A stretch of DNA of 64,000 bases, from positions 384,001 through 448,000 of the forward strand of contig CAWCDG010000003.1 in the NCBI GenBank assembly GCA_963794325.1, in the 5' to 3' direction. This DNA is from an uncultured delta proteobacterium (GTDB lineage: Bacteria > Desulfobacterota > Binatia > Binatales > Binataceae). The notes under the pieces were generated by a model. It saw only the letters and a list, made by a program, of their open reading frames with translations. It ran no database searches and was not told where the DNA came from. The number at the start of each line of letters is the position of its first letter. The stretch's first letter is position 1. Position numbers and translations under genes: made by a program. This document shows positions 18,720 through 27,553 of the stretch, piece after piece.

Positions 18720-19347
18720 GACCGGACCGGTCGCTCGGCTGGCGACGGCTGCGGCCAAGCGCAGCGCCGAGGTCGAGCGCAAGACGCGTGAGACGAGCGT
18801 CACCGCCTCGCTCAAGCTCGACGGGACAGGGCGCGGCGAGGCGAAGACCGGCGTTCCGTTCCTCGATCACATGCTCGAGAGTTTCGCACGCCACGGATTC
18901 TTCGATCTGAAGGTCGAAGCCAGCGGCGATCTGCATATAGATGACCATCACACGGTCGAAGATGTGGGGATGGTCGTGGGGCGTGCGTTCCGACAGGCGC
19001 TAGGCGATCGCGCGGGAATCAAGCGTTTCGGCGAGGCGACGGTGCCGCTGGACGAGGCCCTCTGCACCGCGATTGTCGATATCAGTGGGCGTGCGTACCT
19101 CGGCTACAACGTGCCGATCAGCCAGGAGCGGGTCGGCAACTTTCAGACCGAGCTGGTGCACGACTTCATGAAGGCGATGACCGACGAAGTCGGGATGAAC
19201 TTGCATCTCATCCTGCTGAGCGGCCGCAACCCGCATCACATCATCGAGGCTACGTTCAAGGCGCTGGCGCGCGCGATGGACCATGCGACGGCGCGCGAGC
19301 CCCGGCTCTCAGGCGTGCTGTCGACCAAAGGCACGCTCAGCAGCTAG
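18682..19347 (+). CDS. hisB: Imidazoleglycerol-phosphate dehydratase
   Basis: RKTRET, FLDHML, DDHHTVED, NPHHIIEATFKA, STKGTL. Confidence 0.97.
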   Translation: MQNKRKILRNESKTGPVARLATAAAKRSAEVERKTRETSVTASLKLDGTGRGEAKTGVPFLDHMLESFARHGFFDLKVEASGDLHIDDHHTVEDVGMVVGRAFRQALGDRAGIKRFGEATVPLDEALCTAIVDISGRAYLGYNVPISQERVGNFQTELVHDFMKAMTDEVGMNLHLILLSGRNPHHIIEATFKALARAMDHATAREPRLSGVLSTKGTLSS

Positions 19348-19352
19348 ATCGC

Positions 19353-20090
19353 TTGTTCGAGAAGTTCACCGTTATTCCCTCGATTGACCTGAAGGGCGGC
19401 CAGGTCGTGCGCTTGCTCCGCGGCGACATGAGCAAGGCGACCGTCTATGGCGCGCATCCGGCGGAGACGGCGCGTCAGTTCGAGGAGGCGGGGGCGGAAC
19501 TTATCCACATAGTAGATCTCGATGGCGCGATTGCCGGAGCGCCGCGGAATATCGAGGCGATCGCGCAAATTCGCGCATCGGTGAAATGCGCAATCGACGT
19601 GAGCGGCGGCCTGCGCACAATCGAAGCGGTGCGCGCAGCGTTCGCCACCGGCGCCGACCGCGTCTCGATTGGCTCCGCTGCGTTGCTGAATCCAGGACTG
19701 GTCCGTGACGCTTGCGCGGAGTTCCCTGAAAAAATTTTCGGATCGATCGATATTCGCGACGGCAAGCTAGCGATCAAAGGATGGGTCGAGACGAGCCAGC
19801 TCACTGTCGCCGAAGCCGCGGGACGGTTCCGCAACGCTGGGGTTGCCGCTGCGATCGTGACGGACATCGCTCGCGACGGCGCGCAGGTCGGCGTCGATTC
19901 AGCTCGCATCGAGGAACTCGCCAAGGCGGTAGGCATTCCAGTGATTGCGTCGGGCGGCGTCGCTAGTCTCGACGACATCCGCGCTCTTAGGACCCGGTTC
20001 GAAACTGGGGTGGTGGGAGTAGTCGTCGGGCGGGCGCTGTACGAAGGAAATTTCAGCTTGCGCGACGCGTTGGCCGCTGCAGTTGGATAA
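19353..20090 (+). CDS. hisA: ProFAR isomerase
   Basis: IPSIDLKGGQVVRL..GD, HIVDLDGA, TDIARDG, IASGGV, VGRALY. Confidence 0.96.
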   Translation: MFEKFTVIPSIDLKGGQVVRLLRGDMSKATVYGAHPAETARQFEEAGAELIHIVDLDGAIAGAPRNIEAIAQIRASVKCAIDVSGGLRTIEAVRAAFATGADRVSIGSAALLNPGLVRDACAEFPEKIFGSIDIRDGKLAIKGWVETSQLTVAEAAGRFRNAGVAAAIVTDIARDGAQVGVDSARIEELAKAVGIPVIASGGVASLDDIRALRTRFETGVVGVVVGRALYEGNFSLRDALAAAVG

Positions 20091-20275
20091 GAATCGCACG
20101 CCGAAGTGAGTCGCTATAGCTACCGTACAGCTCCAGATATCTGTTTTATATTCCTTTAAATCTTTTGATACTTTTACTTATTATTTTGAAGTGTCAACTG
20201 ATGGTTCTCTATGCTGCATAGCACAATAGTGAGCGGATTAGCCTAGCCCTGATAGCAGTTGCGGATCAAAGACGC

Positions 20276-20304
20276 TTGACATTCAGTTGGTGCTTGTAGA
20301 CAAT
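20276..20304 (+). promoter_or_regulatory. Candidate sigma70 promoter for flp pilins
   Basis: TTGACA-17 nt-GACAAT within an AT-rich 450-bp intergenic region. Confidence 0.4.
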
Positions 20305-20539
20305 GCCGAAGCTGGGTAAAGATACGATTTCAACTTCTCAACTAATCACAACCAATCAAGAATAAATACCGAGTAAGATTGGATATGGTACGCGGTAAAT
20401 TGTCGAGCTTGCTAGCCATAGATGTTTTTACCTTGAGAGGCGATTTTCTCTACAAGCCGTAAATTTTGTCGCAAAAGGCGCGGGAGAGGGACTCACGCGC
20501 ATGATTGTTCGAAACACTAAACGGACGGAGGACACGGAA

Positions 20540-20710
20540 ATGGACCTGATCAGAAAATTGTACGTGAAGGCTGATGGATTGGCGCGCGGCCAGACGATGG
20601 CTGAGTACGCGTTGATTCTCGCCGCAGTTGCAGTCGTAGTTTTCGCCGGCTACCAGACCATGGGTACGACGATCACCACGCTGCTGAGCAGCGTTGACGG
20701 CAAGCTGTAA
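20540..20710 (+). CDS. flp: Flp/Fap type IVb pilin
   Basis: G|QTMAEYALI prepilin motif followed by a hydrophobic stretch; GGAGG RBS. Confidence 0.93.
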   Translation: MDLIRKLYVKADGLARGQTMAEYALILAAVAVVVFAGYQTMGTTITTLLSSVDGKL

Positions 20711-20741
20711 TCCCGCAACCGATCGTAGACGATTGTGTGCA

Positions 20742-20773
20742 GCCGGCGGGGGTTTTGTTCCTCCGCCGGTTTA
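20742..20773 (+). terminator. Hairpin between the two flp genes (terminator or stabiliser)
   Basis: GCCGGCGGGGG-TTTTGTT-CCTCCGCCGGT with a short T tail. Confidence 0.5.
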
Positions 20774-20833
20774 ATCCCAATTCGACACGAGATTCAGGCA
20801 GCCGAAATTATCCGCTGCCACCCGGAGTTTACA

Positions 20834-20998
20834 ATGTTTACCAAGCTATTTTTGAAAACCAGGGACTTTGCGCGCGGCCAGACGATGGCTGAGTATGCGT
20901 TGATTCTTGCGGCAGTTGCAGTCGTAGTTTTCGCCGGCTACCAGACCATGGGTACGACGATCACGACGCTGCTATCCAGCGTGGACACCAGTCTCTAG
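20834..20998 (+). CDS. flp: Flp/Fap type IVb pilin, second copy
   Basis: Same G|QTMAEY motif; GGAG RBS. Confidence 0.92.
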   Translation: MFTKLFLKTRDFARGQTMAEYALILAAVAVVVFAGYQTMGTTITTLLSSVDTSL

Positions 20999-21045
20999 TC
21001 GCGCCGTCAGCTATTGCTCGATAATCCGCTCAGGCTGCGTCCATT

Positions 21046-22050
21046 TTAAGGACGCAGTCTGACCTGCGGATTTGCGCACCATCGCGGCATCCGGCCGGCG
21101 AACCCGTCCAGGATATTGTCGACCGCGATTGCCGCCATTCGGGCGCGAGCGTTAATGCTCGCGCTGCCGATGTGCGGCGTGATCACGACATTGTTGAGTC
21201 GAAGAACTGGATCTCGACGTGCAATAGGCTCCGGATCGGTAACATCCAGACCCGCACCAGCCAAGCGGCCAGATTTCAGCGCAGCCAGCATCGCAGCCTG
21301 ATCGATGACAGCGCCGCGCGCCGTGTTGATTAGAATCGCGCGCGGCTTCATCAGAGCAAACTCGCGCGCCCCGATCATGTGATGCGTCTTTGCCGTCAGC
21401 GGCACGTGAATCGATACATAGTCAGATCGGGCCAGTAAACTATTCAAGCTGACACCGGCCGCGAGGCGCGCGTCGCGCGACAGCTTTCGATTCCCTGGCG
21501 GATGCTTCAGATACAGCACGCGCATCTCGAAGCCCATAGCGCGGCGCGCCATCGCCTGGCCGATCGCACCGAATCCGATTAGTCCGAGCGTGCTCGAATG
21601 CACGTCGTGGCCCAGCATGGTCATCGGTCCCCACGTGCGCCATTTGCCCGCGCGTACGTGACGGTCAGCCTCGGCGATTCTGCGCGCCGTCGCCATCAGC
21701 AGGCCGAAGGCAAGATCTGCGGTGGCCTCGGTCAGCACGCCGGGCGTATGACCGACCGCGATGCCGGCGCGGGTCGCCGCCTCGAGATCAATGTTATCGA
21801 CGCCCACCGCCAGGTTGCTGATGACGCGGAGCCGCGGCGCGCCCGCAATCACGCTCGCGTCGATCTTGTCGGTGACCATCGAGAGCACCGCGTCGGCATT
21901 CGTCAGCGCCGCTCGCAGCGCCGCGGCCGGTGGCGGCATCTCTTTATCCCAGACCAAAACTCTAACCGCGTCGCGCAGCCGTATCAGCGCACCAGGGTCG
22001 ATCTGGCGTGTCACGAAGACTGTTCTGCTGGTTCGCGGCGTCCGCGGCAT
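21046..22050 (-). CDS. D-2-hydroxyacid dehydrogenase (glyoxylate reductase-like)
   Basis: AVGVDNID, TPGVLTEATAD, GFGAIG, INTARG, LDVTDPEP, TPHIGSA. Confidence 0.93.
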   Translation of the reverse strand: MPRTPRTSRTVFVTRQIDPGALIRLRDAVRVLVWDKEMPPPAAALRAALTNADAVLSMVTDKIDASVIAGAPRLRVISNLAVGVDNIDLEAATRAGIAVGHTPGVLTEATADLAFGLLMATARRIAEADRHVRAGKWRTWGPMTMLGHDVHSSTLGLIGFGAIGQAMARRAMGFEMRVLYLKHPPGNRKLSRDARLAAGVSLNSLLARSDYVSIHVPLTAKTHHMIGAREFALMKPRAILINTARGAVIDQAAMLAALKSGRLAGAGLDVTDPEPIARRDPVLRLNNVVITPHIGSASINARARMAAIAVDNILDGFAGRMPRWCANPQVRLRP

Positions 22051-22107
22051 ACGGCGAAACTCCCCGGCGGTTCAAATAGTTCTGTGGCTCTGCTATACGC
22101 GACAAGC

Positions 22108-24279
22108 GTGGCTGACTCTATCATTGCATCAATAGTTTCGTCGGCTCGTTCGAGCGGGCGGTCGGTTCTCACGGAAGTCGAGAGCAAGCGGATTTTGCAT
22201 TCGCTCGGGCTGCCGGTCCTCGTGCCGGAAGTTGCTGCGACGGCTGACGACGCAGTGCTGGCGGCGTCGCGGATCGGATTTCCGGTGGTGCTGAAAGTGC
22301 TGTCCCCCAAGGTGAGTCACAAGACCGACGTCGGCGGAGTCGAACTGAATCTCGCTGACGACGCCGCGGTGCGCGAGGCTTTCGAGCGGATTCGCCGGAA
22401 TCTCGCTGCCAAAGCCCGCGACGCGCACTTCGAAGGCGTCGCGGTACAGCCGATGGCGAAGCAGGGCGTCGAGCTGATCGCCGGGACGTTTCGCGACGAT
22501 CGATTCGGGGCGATGGTGATGGTCGGGCTCGGCGGGGTGTTGGTCGAAGTGGTGAAGGATACGGCGCTGGCGCTGGCTCCGATTAGCGGGCGAGAGGCAT
22601 CGGCGATGCTCGCGAGGCTGCGCGGCGCGCAGATTCTCCGCGGCGTCCGCGGTCAGTCGGGCGTCGATCAAGATGCGATCGTGTCGCTCCTCGAAACCAT
22701 TTCCGGGATCGCATGGACCCATCCCGAGATCGCCGAGATGGATCTCAACCCGGTCGTCGCATATGGAGACGGCCTCGCAATCCTGGACGCGCGAATCGTG
22801 CTCGCAGGCGTCACCTCGGCAACTCCGCAGCCCGATCCGCATCGAGCGGCGCGGCTCAAAAATCTCGAGCGCGCGTTCAACCCGCGCGCCGTTGTCGTGA
22901 TCGGCGACAAGCGGATGGGCGGGTACATGTGGCTGCGCGCGATGGCGCATCTCAAGGGCAAGCTTTATTCGGTGCAGATCGATCCGAATGAAATACCGGG
23001 AATCGAGGCGATGGGCGTCGAGAATCGCAAGAGTCTCGCCGAGATCACCGAGCCCATCGATTATGCGGTCAGCGCCGTTCCGCGCCAGATCGCGCCGCGA
23101 ATTTTGAAAGATTGCGTCGCTAATCACGTCGGTTCGATCGGGTTTTTCACGTCGGGATTTTCGGAGACGTCGGAAGAGCTGGGAATTCGCCTCGAAGGCG
23201 AGCTGCGCGACATCGCGATCAACTCGGAAATCGCGCTGGTCGGACCGAATTGCATGGGGCTGTACAGCCCGGGCGCCGGTCTGCGCAATTTTCCCGAAGA
23301 AAAAATCGGTGACGCCGGCGACGTCTGTTTCATCTCACAAAGTGGCACGCACACGATCAATTTTTGTCTCCAGGCCCCGAGCCACGGCATCCAGGTGAAT
23401 AAGGCGGCTTCGATCGGCAACGTCCTCGTGCTAGAGGCGGCGGATTACATCGACCTGATGGCGGCCGACCCCGCAACGCGTGTGATCGGAATGTATATCG
23501 AAGGGGTACGCGACGGGCGGCGCTTCTTCGACAGCGTCCGGCACGCAGCCGAGCGGCATCCGGTGGTGATCTGGAAGGGCGGCGTTACCGAGGCCGGCGC
23601 GCGCGCGACGTTCTCGCACACCGGCTCGCTCGCGACGCCGGAGGCGACCTGGCGCACCGTCGTACGGCAGAGTGGGGCGGTCGAAGTCGCCAGCCTCGAC
23701 GCGATGCTCGATGCGGTCGAGCTGTTCGCGCGGGCCAAGCGCCTCGCGGGCCGCAGGATGGGGCTGGTCGCGATGACCGGAGGGCAATCCGTGGTAATCA
23801 CCGACACGTTCGCGACCGCCGGCCTGGAGATTCCCGCGCTGTCGGACTCCTCGTACGATGAACTGAAATCATTCTTCAACGTGATCGGCGGCAGCTATCG
23901 CAATCCGCTCGACGCCGGCGGCACCATCGGCGCCGGTCATCATCAGGGCAATCTTGATCGTATCCTCGAGATTCTCGAACGCGATTCGGTTATCGACGCA
24001 ATCGTGCTCGAAGTCGGCACGGGACTTCGCGCCGCGCGATGGGCCGCGCATGAGGATGAAATCACCGGCCTGCTCGATAAGCTCGCGGACTTTGGCAACC
24101 GCTCGACCAAGCCTTTCGCAATCGTGATGCATCCGGCGCATGTCGAGGCGATCGTCGCACGCGGCAAGGAGCTGGCGCGTGCGCGCGGCCTGGTGGTGTT
24201 CGACAGTTTCGAGCGCGCCGCGGCCGCATTCCGCACGGTGTCGGACTACTGGGCAAATCGCGCGCGGCAGGGCAGTTAG
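22108..24279 (+). CDS. ADP-forming acyl-CoA synthetase with N-terminal ATP-grasp (beta-alpha order)
   Basis: GFPVVLKV.SP..SHKTDVGGV and EMDLNP first, then CoA-binding region, GPNCMG, SQSG, SHTGSLA; start GTG 22108 approximate. Confidence 0.88.
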   Translation: MADSIIASIVSSARSSGRSVLTEVESKRILHSLGLPVLVPEVAATADDAVLAASRIGFPVVLKVLSPKVSHKTDVGGVELNLADDAAVREAFERIRRNLAAKARDAHFEGVAVQPMAKQGVELIAGTFRDDRFGAMVMVGLGGVLVEVVKDTALALAPISGREASAMLARLRGAQILRGVRGQSGVDQDAIVSLLETISGIAWTHPEIAEMDLNPVVAYGDGLAILDARIVLAGVTSATPQPDPHRAARLKNLERAFNPRAVVVIGDKRMGGYMWLRAMAHLKGKLYSVQIDPNEIPGIEAMGVENRKSLAEITEPIDYAVSAVPRQIAPRILKDCVANHVGSIGFFTSGFSETSEELGIRLEGELRDIAINSEIALVGPNCMGLYSPGAGLRNFPEEKIGDAGDVCFISQSGTHTINFCLQAPSHGIQVNKAASIGNVLVLEAADYIDLMAADPATRVIGMYIEGVRDGRRFFDSVRHAAERHPVVIWKGGVTEAGARATFSHTGSLATPEATWRTVVRQSGAVEVASLDAMLDAVELFARAKRLAGRRMGLVAMTGGQSVVITDTFATAGLEIPALSDSSYDELKSFFNVIGGSYRNPLDAGGTIGAGHHQGNLDRILEILERDSVIDAIVLEVGTGLRAARWAAHEDEITGLLDKLADFGNRSTKPFAIVMHPAHVEAIVARGKELARARGLVVFDSFERAAAAFRTVSDYWANRARQGS

Positions 24280-24297
24280 ACTCGCGGAGAGCCAGAG

Positions 24298-25485
24298 GTG
24301 CTGAATATGGACCGGCTCGTATCTGAACGCGCACGACCTTACTTCGAGAAGGTGGGAAAGCTCGCGCCGATAATCCGCGAACATGCCGACCGCGCCGAGC
24401 GCGATGCGCAGATGCCGCGTGAGGTAATCGATGCGTTCCATGAAGCCGGGCTGTTTCGGATTCTCCTGCCGCGCCAAATGGGCGGCGGCGAACTGACGAT
24501 TCCCGATTCGCTGCGGCTGTGCGAGGAAGTTTCGTGCATCGACGCGTCGGCGGGTTGGAATCTCGCAATTTGTTCGGGCAGTCCGCTGTTTGGACACAAT
24601 CTTTCTCGCGCGGCATTCGAAAAGGTTTACGGCGATCCGCGCGGAATGAGCGCTGGTTCGCTGAATCCCGCGACTACCCGGGTTGTTGCAGTTGACGGCG
24701 GATGGCGTTTCAGCGGCAAAGCGACTTACGCCAGCGCCTCGGCTCACGCGACCCATTTGATGGCGGCGGGGATGGTGCTGCGCGACGGTGCGCCGCAAAT
24801 CATCAACGGCTTCCCCGTGATGCGAGCGGGGCTGTTCCCAATCAAACAAGCCGAGATCCTCAATACCTGGGCGACCTCCGGGATGCGCGGCACTGGCAGT
24901 AACGATTGCGTCTTCGAGAACGTCTTTGTCCCCGATGAATTCACCTTCGACTGGCTGAACGCGAAAACGCCATGGCAGCGTGGCCCATTCGCGAACATTC
25001 CGTTGCAGCTGCAATTTGTCGGCGGCCTGGTCTCGGTGGTGCTCGGCACCGCTCGCCACGCCCTCGACTCGCTTAACGAAATCGCGCAGGTCAAAGTGCC
25101 GGCGGCGACTCGGGCAACGTTGCGCGAGCGACCCCTCGCACAGATCCAGTTCGCGCAGGCGGAAGGCCTTCTGCACGCAGCGCGCGCCTACTTCTACAGT
25201 TGCAATGATGAAATTTGGCGCAAGGGCGAGGCCGGCGAGAGGTTTAGCATCGAGGACCGGGCGCACGCGCGGCTCGCGGTGGTCACTGCTGCGAAGCTGG
25301 CGGTGAATGCGGTCGATTTGGTCGCGGACGCTGCCGGCATGAACTCGGCGCAGACATCGTGTCCAATCGAGCGATGCTGGCGCGACATCCATACCGCGAC
25401 GCAACACGTCCTGATGAACACGTCCCGCTTCGAGGTAGTAGGCCGCGTCCTGTTCGGCCTGGATCCGGGCTCGCCGGTAATCTGA
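24298..25485 (+). CDS. Acyl-CoA dehydrogenase-fold flavin monooxygenase (HsaA-like)
   Basis: EAGLFRILLPRQMGG, DASAGW, W..SGMRGTGSND, IERCWRDIHTATQH. Confidence 0.88.
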   Translation: MLNMDRLVSERARPYFEKVGKLAPIIREHADRAERDAQMPREVIDAFHEAGLFRILLPRQMGGGELTIPDSLRLCEEVSCIDASAGWNLAICSGSPLFGHNLSRAAFEKVYGDPRGMSAGSLNPATTRVVAVDGGWRFSGKATYASASAHATHLMAAGMVLRDGAPQIINGFPVMRAGLFPIKQAEILNTWATSGMRGTGSNDCVFENVFVPDEFTFDWLNAKTPWQRGPFANIPLQLQFVGGLVSVVLGTARHALDSLNEIAQVKVPAATRATLRERPLAQIQFAQAEGLLHAARAYFYSCNDEIWRKGEAGERFSIEDRAHARLAVVTAAKLAVNAVDLVADAAGMNSAQTSCPIERCWRDIHTATQHVLMNTSRFEVVGRVLFGLDPGSPVI

Positions 25486-25556
25486 AAAAGCATCTGGTGT
25501 ACAAAAGTAGCGGGATGTACAATTGAGTCAAGTTTAAATCTCTGAGTTCACAAATT

Positions 25557-25838
25557 ATGCGCACGACCAAAAAATCCACTGATGCTGCGGTCACTACAGC
25601 CGCCGCACGCAAGAACTTTTCTGATTTGATCAACCGCGTTGCCTACGGGAAAGACCGCGTCGTTCTGACGCGCCGCAACAAGCCATTAGCCGCAGTAGTA
25701 CCGATCGAAGATATCGCGCTGATCGAAGAAATCGAGGACCGGGAAGATCTAAAGGCAGCGCGCGCCGCGCTTCGCGAAGCGAAACGTAAGGGCACGATCC
25801 CGTGGGCGCGCATCAAGAAGGAGCTGAACCTCCCCTGA
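25557..25838 (+). CDS. Phd/YefM family antitoxin
   Basis: ARKNFSDLINRVAYGKDRVVLTRRNKPLAAVV. Confidence 0.92.
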   Translation: MRTTKKSTDAAVTTAAARKNFSDLINRVAYGKDRVVLTRRNKPLAAVVPIEDIALIEEIEDREDLKAARAALREAKRKGTIPWARIKKELNLP

Positions 25839-25845
25839 CCTCGCG

Positions 25846-26103
25846 ATGGCGTACGCGATCGAGTTCGTACCAAGCGCGAAGCGCGAGTTAAAAAAGCTTC
25901 CACGAGAAGTTCAGCTCAAGCTAAATCAACGTATCGATTCGCTTTCGATCGAGCCCCGTCCGCGCGGCTCCAAGAAGCTGAAAGGGGCGACTGAACTGTC
26001 GCGAATCCGCGTTGGCGACTACCGAGTCGTCTACGAAGTACGGGACAAGCTTCTCGTCGTCTTAGTGGTTCGCGTCGCGCACCGTCGCGAGGTCTATCGT
26101 TGA
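25846..26103 (+). CDS. RelE/ParE family toxin
   Basis: YAIEF..SAKRELKKL...PRP.G.KKLKG...RIRVGDYRVVY...V.HRREVYR. Confidence 0.93.
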   Translation: MAYAIEFVPSAKRELKKLPREVQLKLNQRIDSLSIEPRPRGSKKLKGATELSRIRVGDYRVVYEVRDKLLVVLVVRVAHRREVYR

Positions 26104-26106
26104 TGC

Positions 26107-27501
26107 TTACCGCGGTGGTTCGAGCACCGTCATCACTGTGCCCGTTGTCGCATCGCCATCCAGGAACGCAAGCCATCGTCCTCTAAGCGACCAGCTCATC
26201 GTGACCGTGCCCTGCGCCGGACCTTCGGCCAATAGAAACGCGCTGTCGTAATGCAGCGAGTACGTGACGATTTTTCGCCACGGCACCGGTTTGCTCGGCG
26301 CATAGATCTGCATCGCTGCTTCGTCCGCGCCCTTCGAATAGGCCATCGTGCTCTCCGCGAGCATCTCCGGCCATGTCTCGAAGCCCAACGATTTCACATC
26401 AACCTGCCCCTGCTCGGACTGCGCTACTGCGACTTGCGCGGGGATCGGCATCGCGGGCCGCTCGATTGCCCGCGCGAACGTGAGATTCTTGTTGCCCAGC
26501 GTGACGGTGTCGCTGCCCGCGGCGAACGAAGCCGCGCCCGTCGATACGCCCATCAGATGCTCGGCGCCGGTCGCAATGTTGTATTTGAATACGCCGATCG
26601 TGTGCTGCGTCGGATCGGGACCGACGTAAATAAACGAGCCTTCGTCGTCCTTGTCCCAATCGAGTACGTGGATCGGCTGGCGCACATGAAACCTGGTGCA
26701 GGTCGAGGCGCGCCGATCGATTATCACCGGCGGTGCGCCTGCGTCGCCCTGGCCGACCGCATAGACACCGTGCGCGCTCCAACTGAGCGGAGACATCGGG
26801 CACGACAACTTCAGTGGCGCGACAGAGCCGGCGCCGGTGATGACGATCAACTGCAAGCCGTTCGAAGGTGTTGGCGGCGGTTGAACGTCGGGCTCATCGG
26901 GATTGGCTTTCGGCATCTCCTCGCCAGATCCCGATTCTTCCGGCGGCTTGGGATGCTGCCGCAGCGCGAGCGCGATCGTGGCGTCATTCAGCCAGCTCAT
27001 CGAGATCGAGTCGAACTTGCCGTTGAAGCTGGCGATCGGGTTGCCCGGACCGGTGGCGATGAGGTCGCGAACGATCACATCGACTCGATCGCCGCCCGTT
27101 GCGACCATCGCCGTCGCCAGCGTCAGTCCGTTGGGGCTGACCCCGACGTCCGCGATCGTTCCATTCTCAGCGGCAGCCGGTCCGGTCTCCGCCGCGAGGA
27201 TTCGTCCGGTTCGCCACGCGGCGCCACCCAGGCCGTACATGACGGTGTGTCCGTCCTGCGTCCCGACCACGCCAATCTCCTCGCCGTTCTGCATCCAGAT
27301 CGGCGGACGCGACGGAATCGGCGCGAACCCTTGCGGCATCGCGACGTTGGTCAGCACCTTGATACCATTGGTCACCGCCAGCGTTGTGGATCGTGCAACA
27401 AATGGCGGCGGGCTGGGCTTGAGCGCGTCGCTACCACTCGAGCACGAGGTGACGCTCACGACAGTCAGAGCGAGAATCAGGATGAAGACAGACCTGGGCA
27501 T
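26107..27501 (-). CDS. Hypothetical lipoprotein (beta-propeller-like)
   Basis: Lipobox VTSC; repeated SWS/SWL/SPNG strand ends. Confidence 0.7.
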   Translation of the reverse strand: MPRSVFILILALTVVSVTSCSSGSDALKPSPPPFVARSTTLAVTNGIKVLTNVAMPQGFAPIPSRPPIWMQNGEEIGVVGTQDGHTVMYGLGGAAWRTGRILAAETGPAAAENGTIADVGVSPNGLTLATAMVATGGDRVDVIVRDLIATGPGNPIASFNGKFDSISMSWLNDATIALALRQHPKPPEESGSGEEMPKANPDEPDVQPPPTPSNGLQLIVITGAGSVAPLKLSCPMSPLSWSAHGVYAVGQGDAGAPPVIIDRRASTCTRFHVRQPIHVLDWDKDDEGSFIYVGPDPTQHTIGVFKYNIATGAEHLMGVSTGAASFAAGSDTVTLGNKNLTFARAIERPAMPIPAQVAVAQSEQGQVDVKSLGFETWPEMLAESTMAYSKGADEAAMQIYAPSKPVPWRKIVTYSLHYDSAFLLAEGPAQGTVTMSWSLRGRWLAFLDGDATTGTVMTVLEPPR

Positions 27502-27553
27502 CAGAAAGCGGTAGTGTATTTAGGACGTTCGAAAAAGGCGACCCATTCAAAGA

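Noticed and set aside
20091-20539. oriC in the AT-rich region
   Set aside because: No cluster of DnaA boxes within it and no dnaA/dnaN/gidA adjacent
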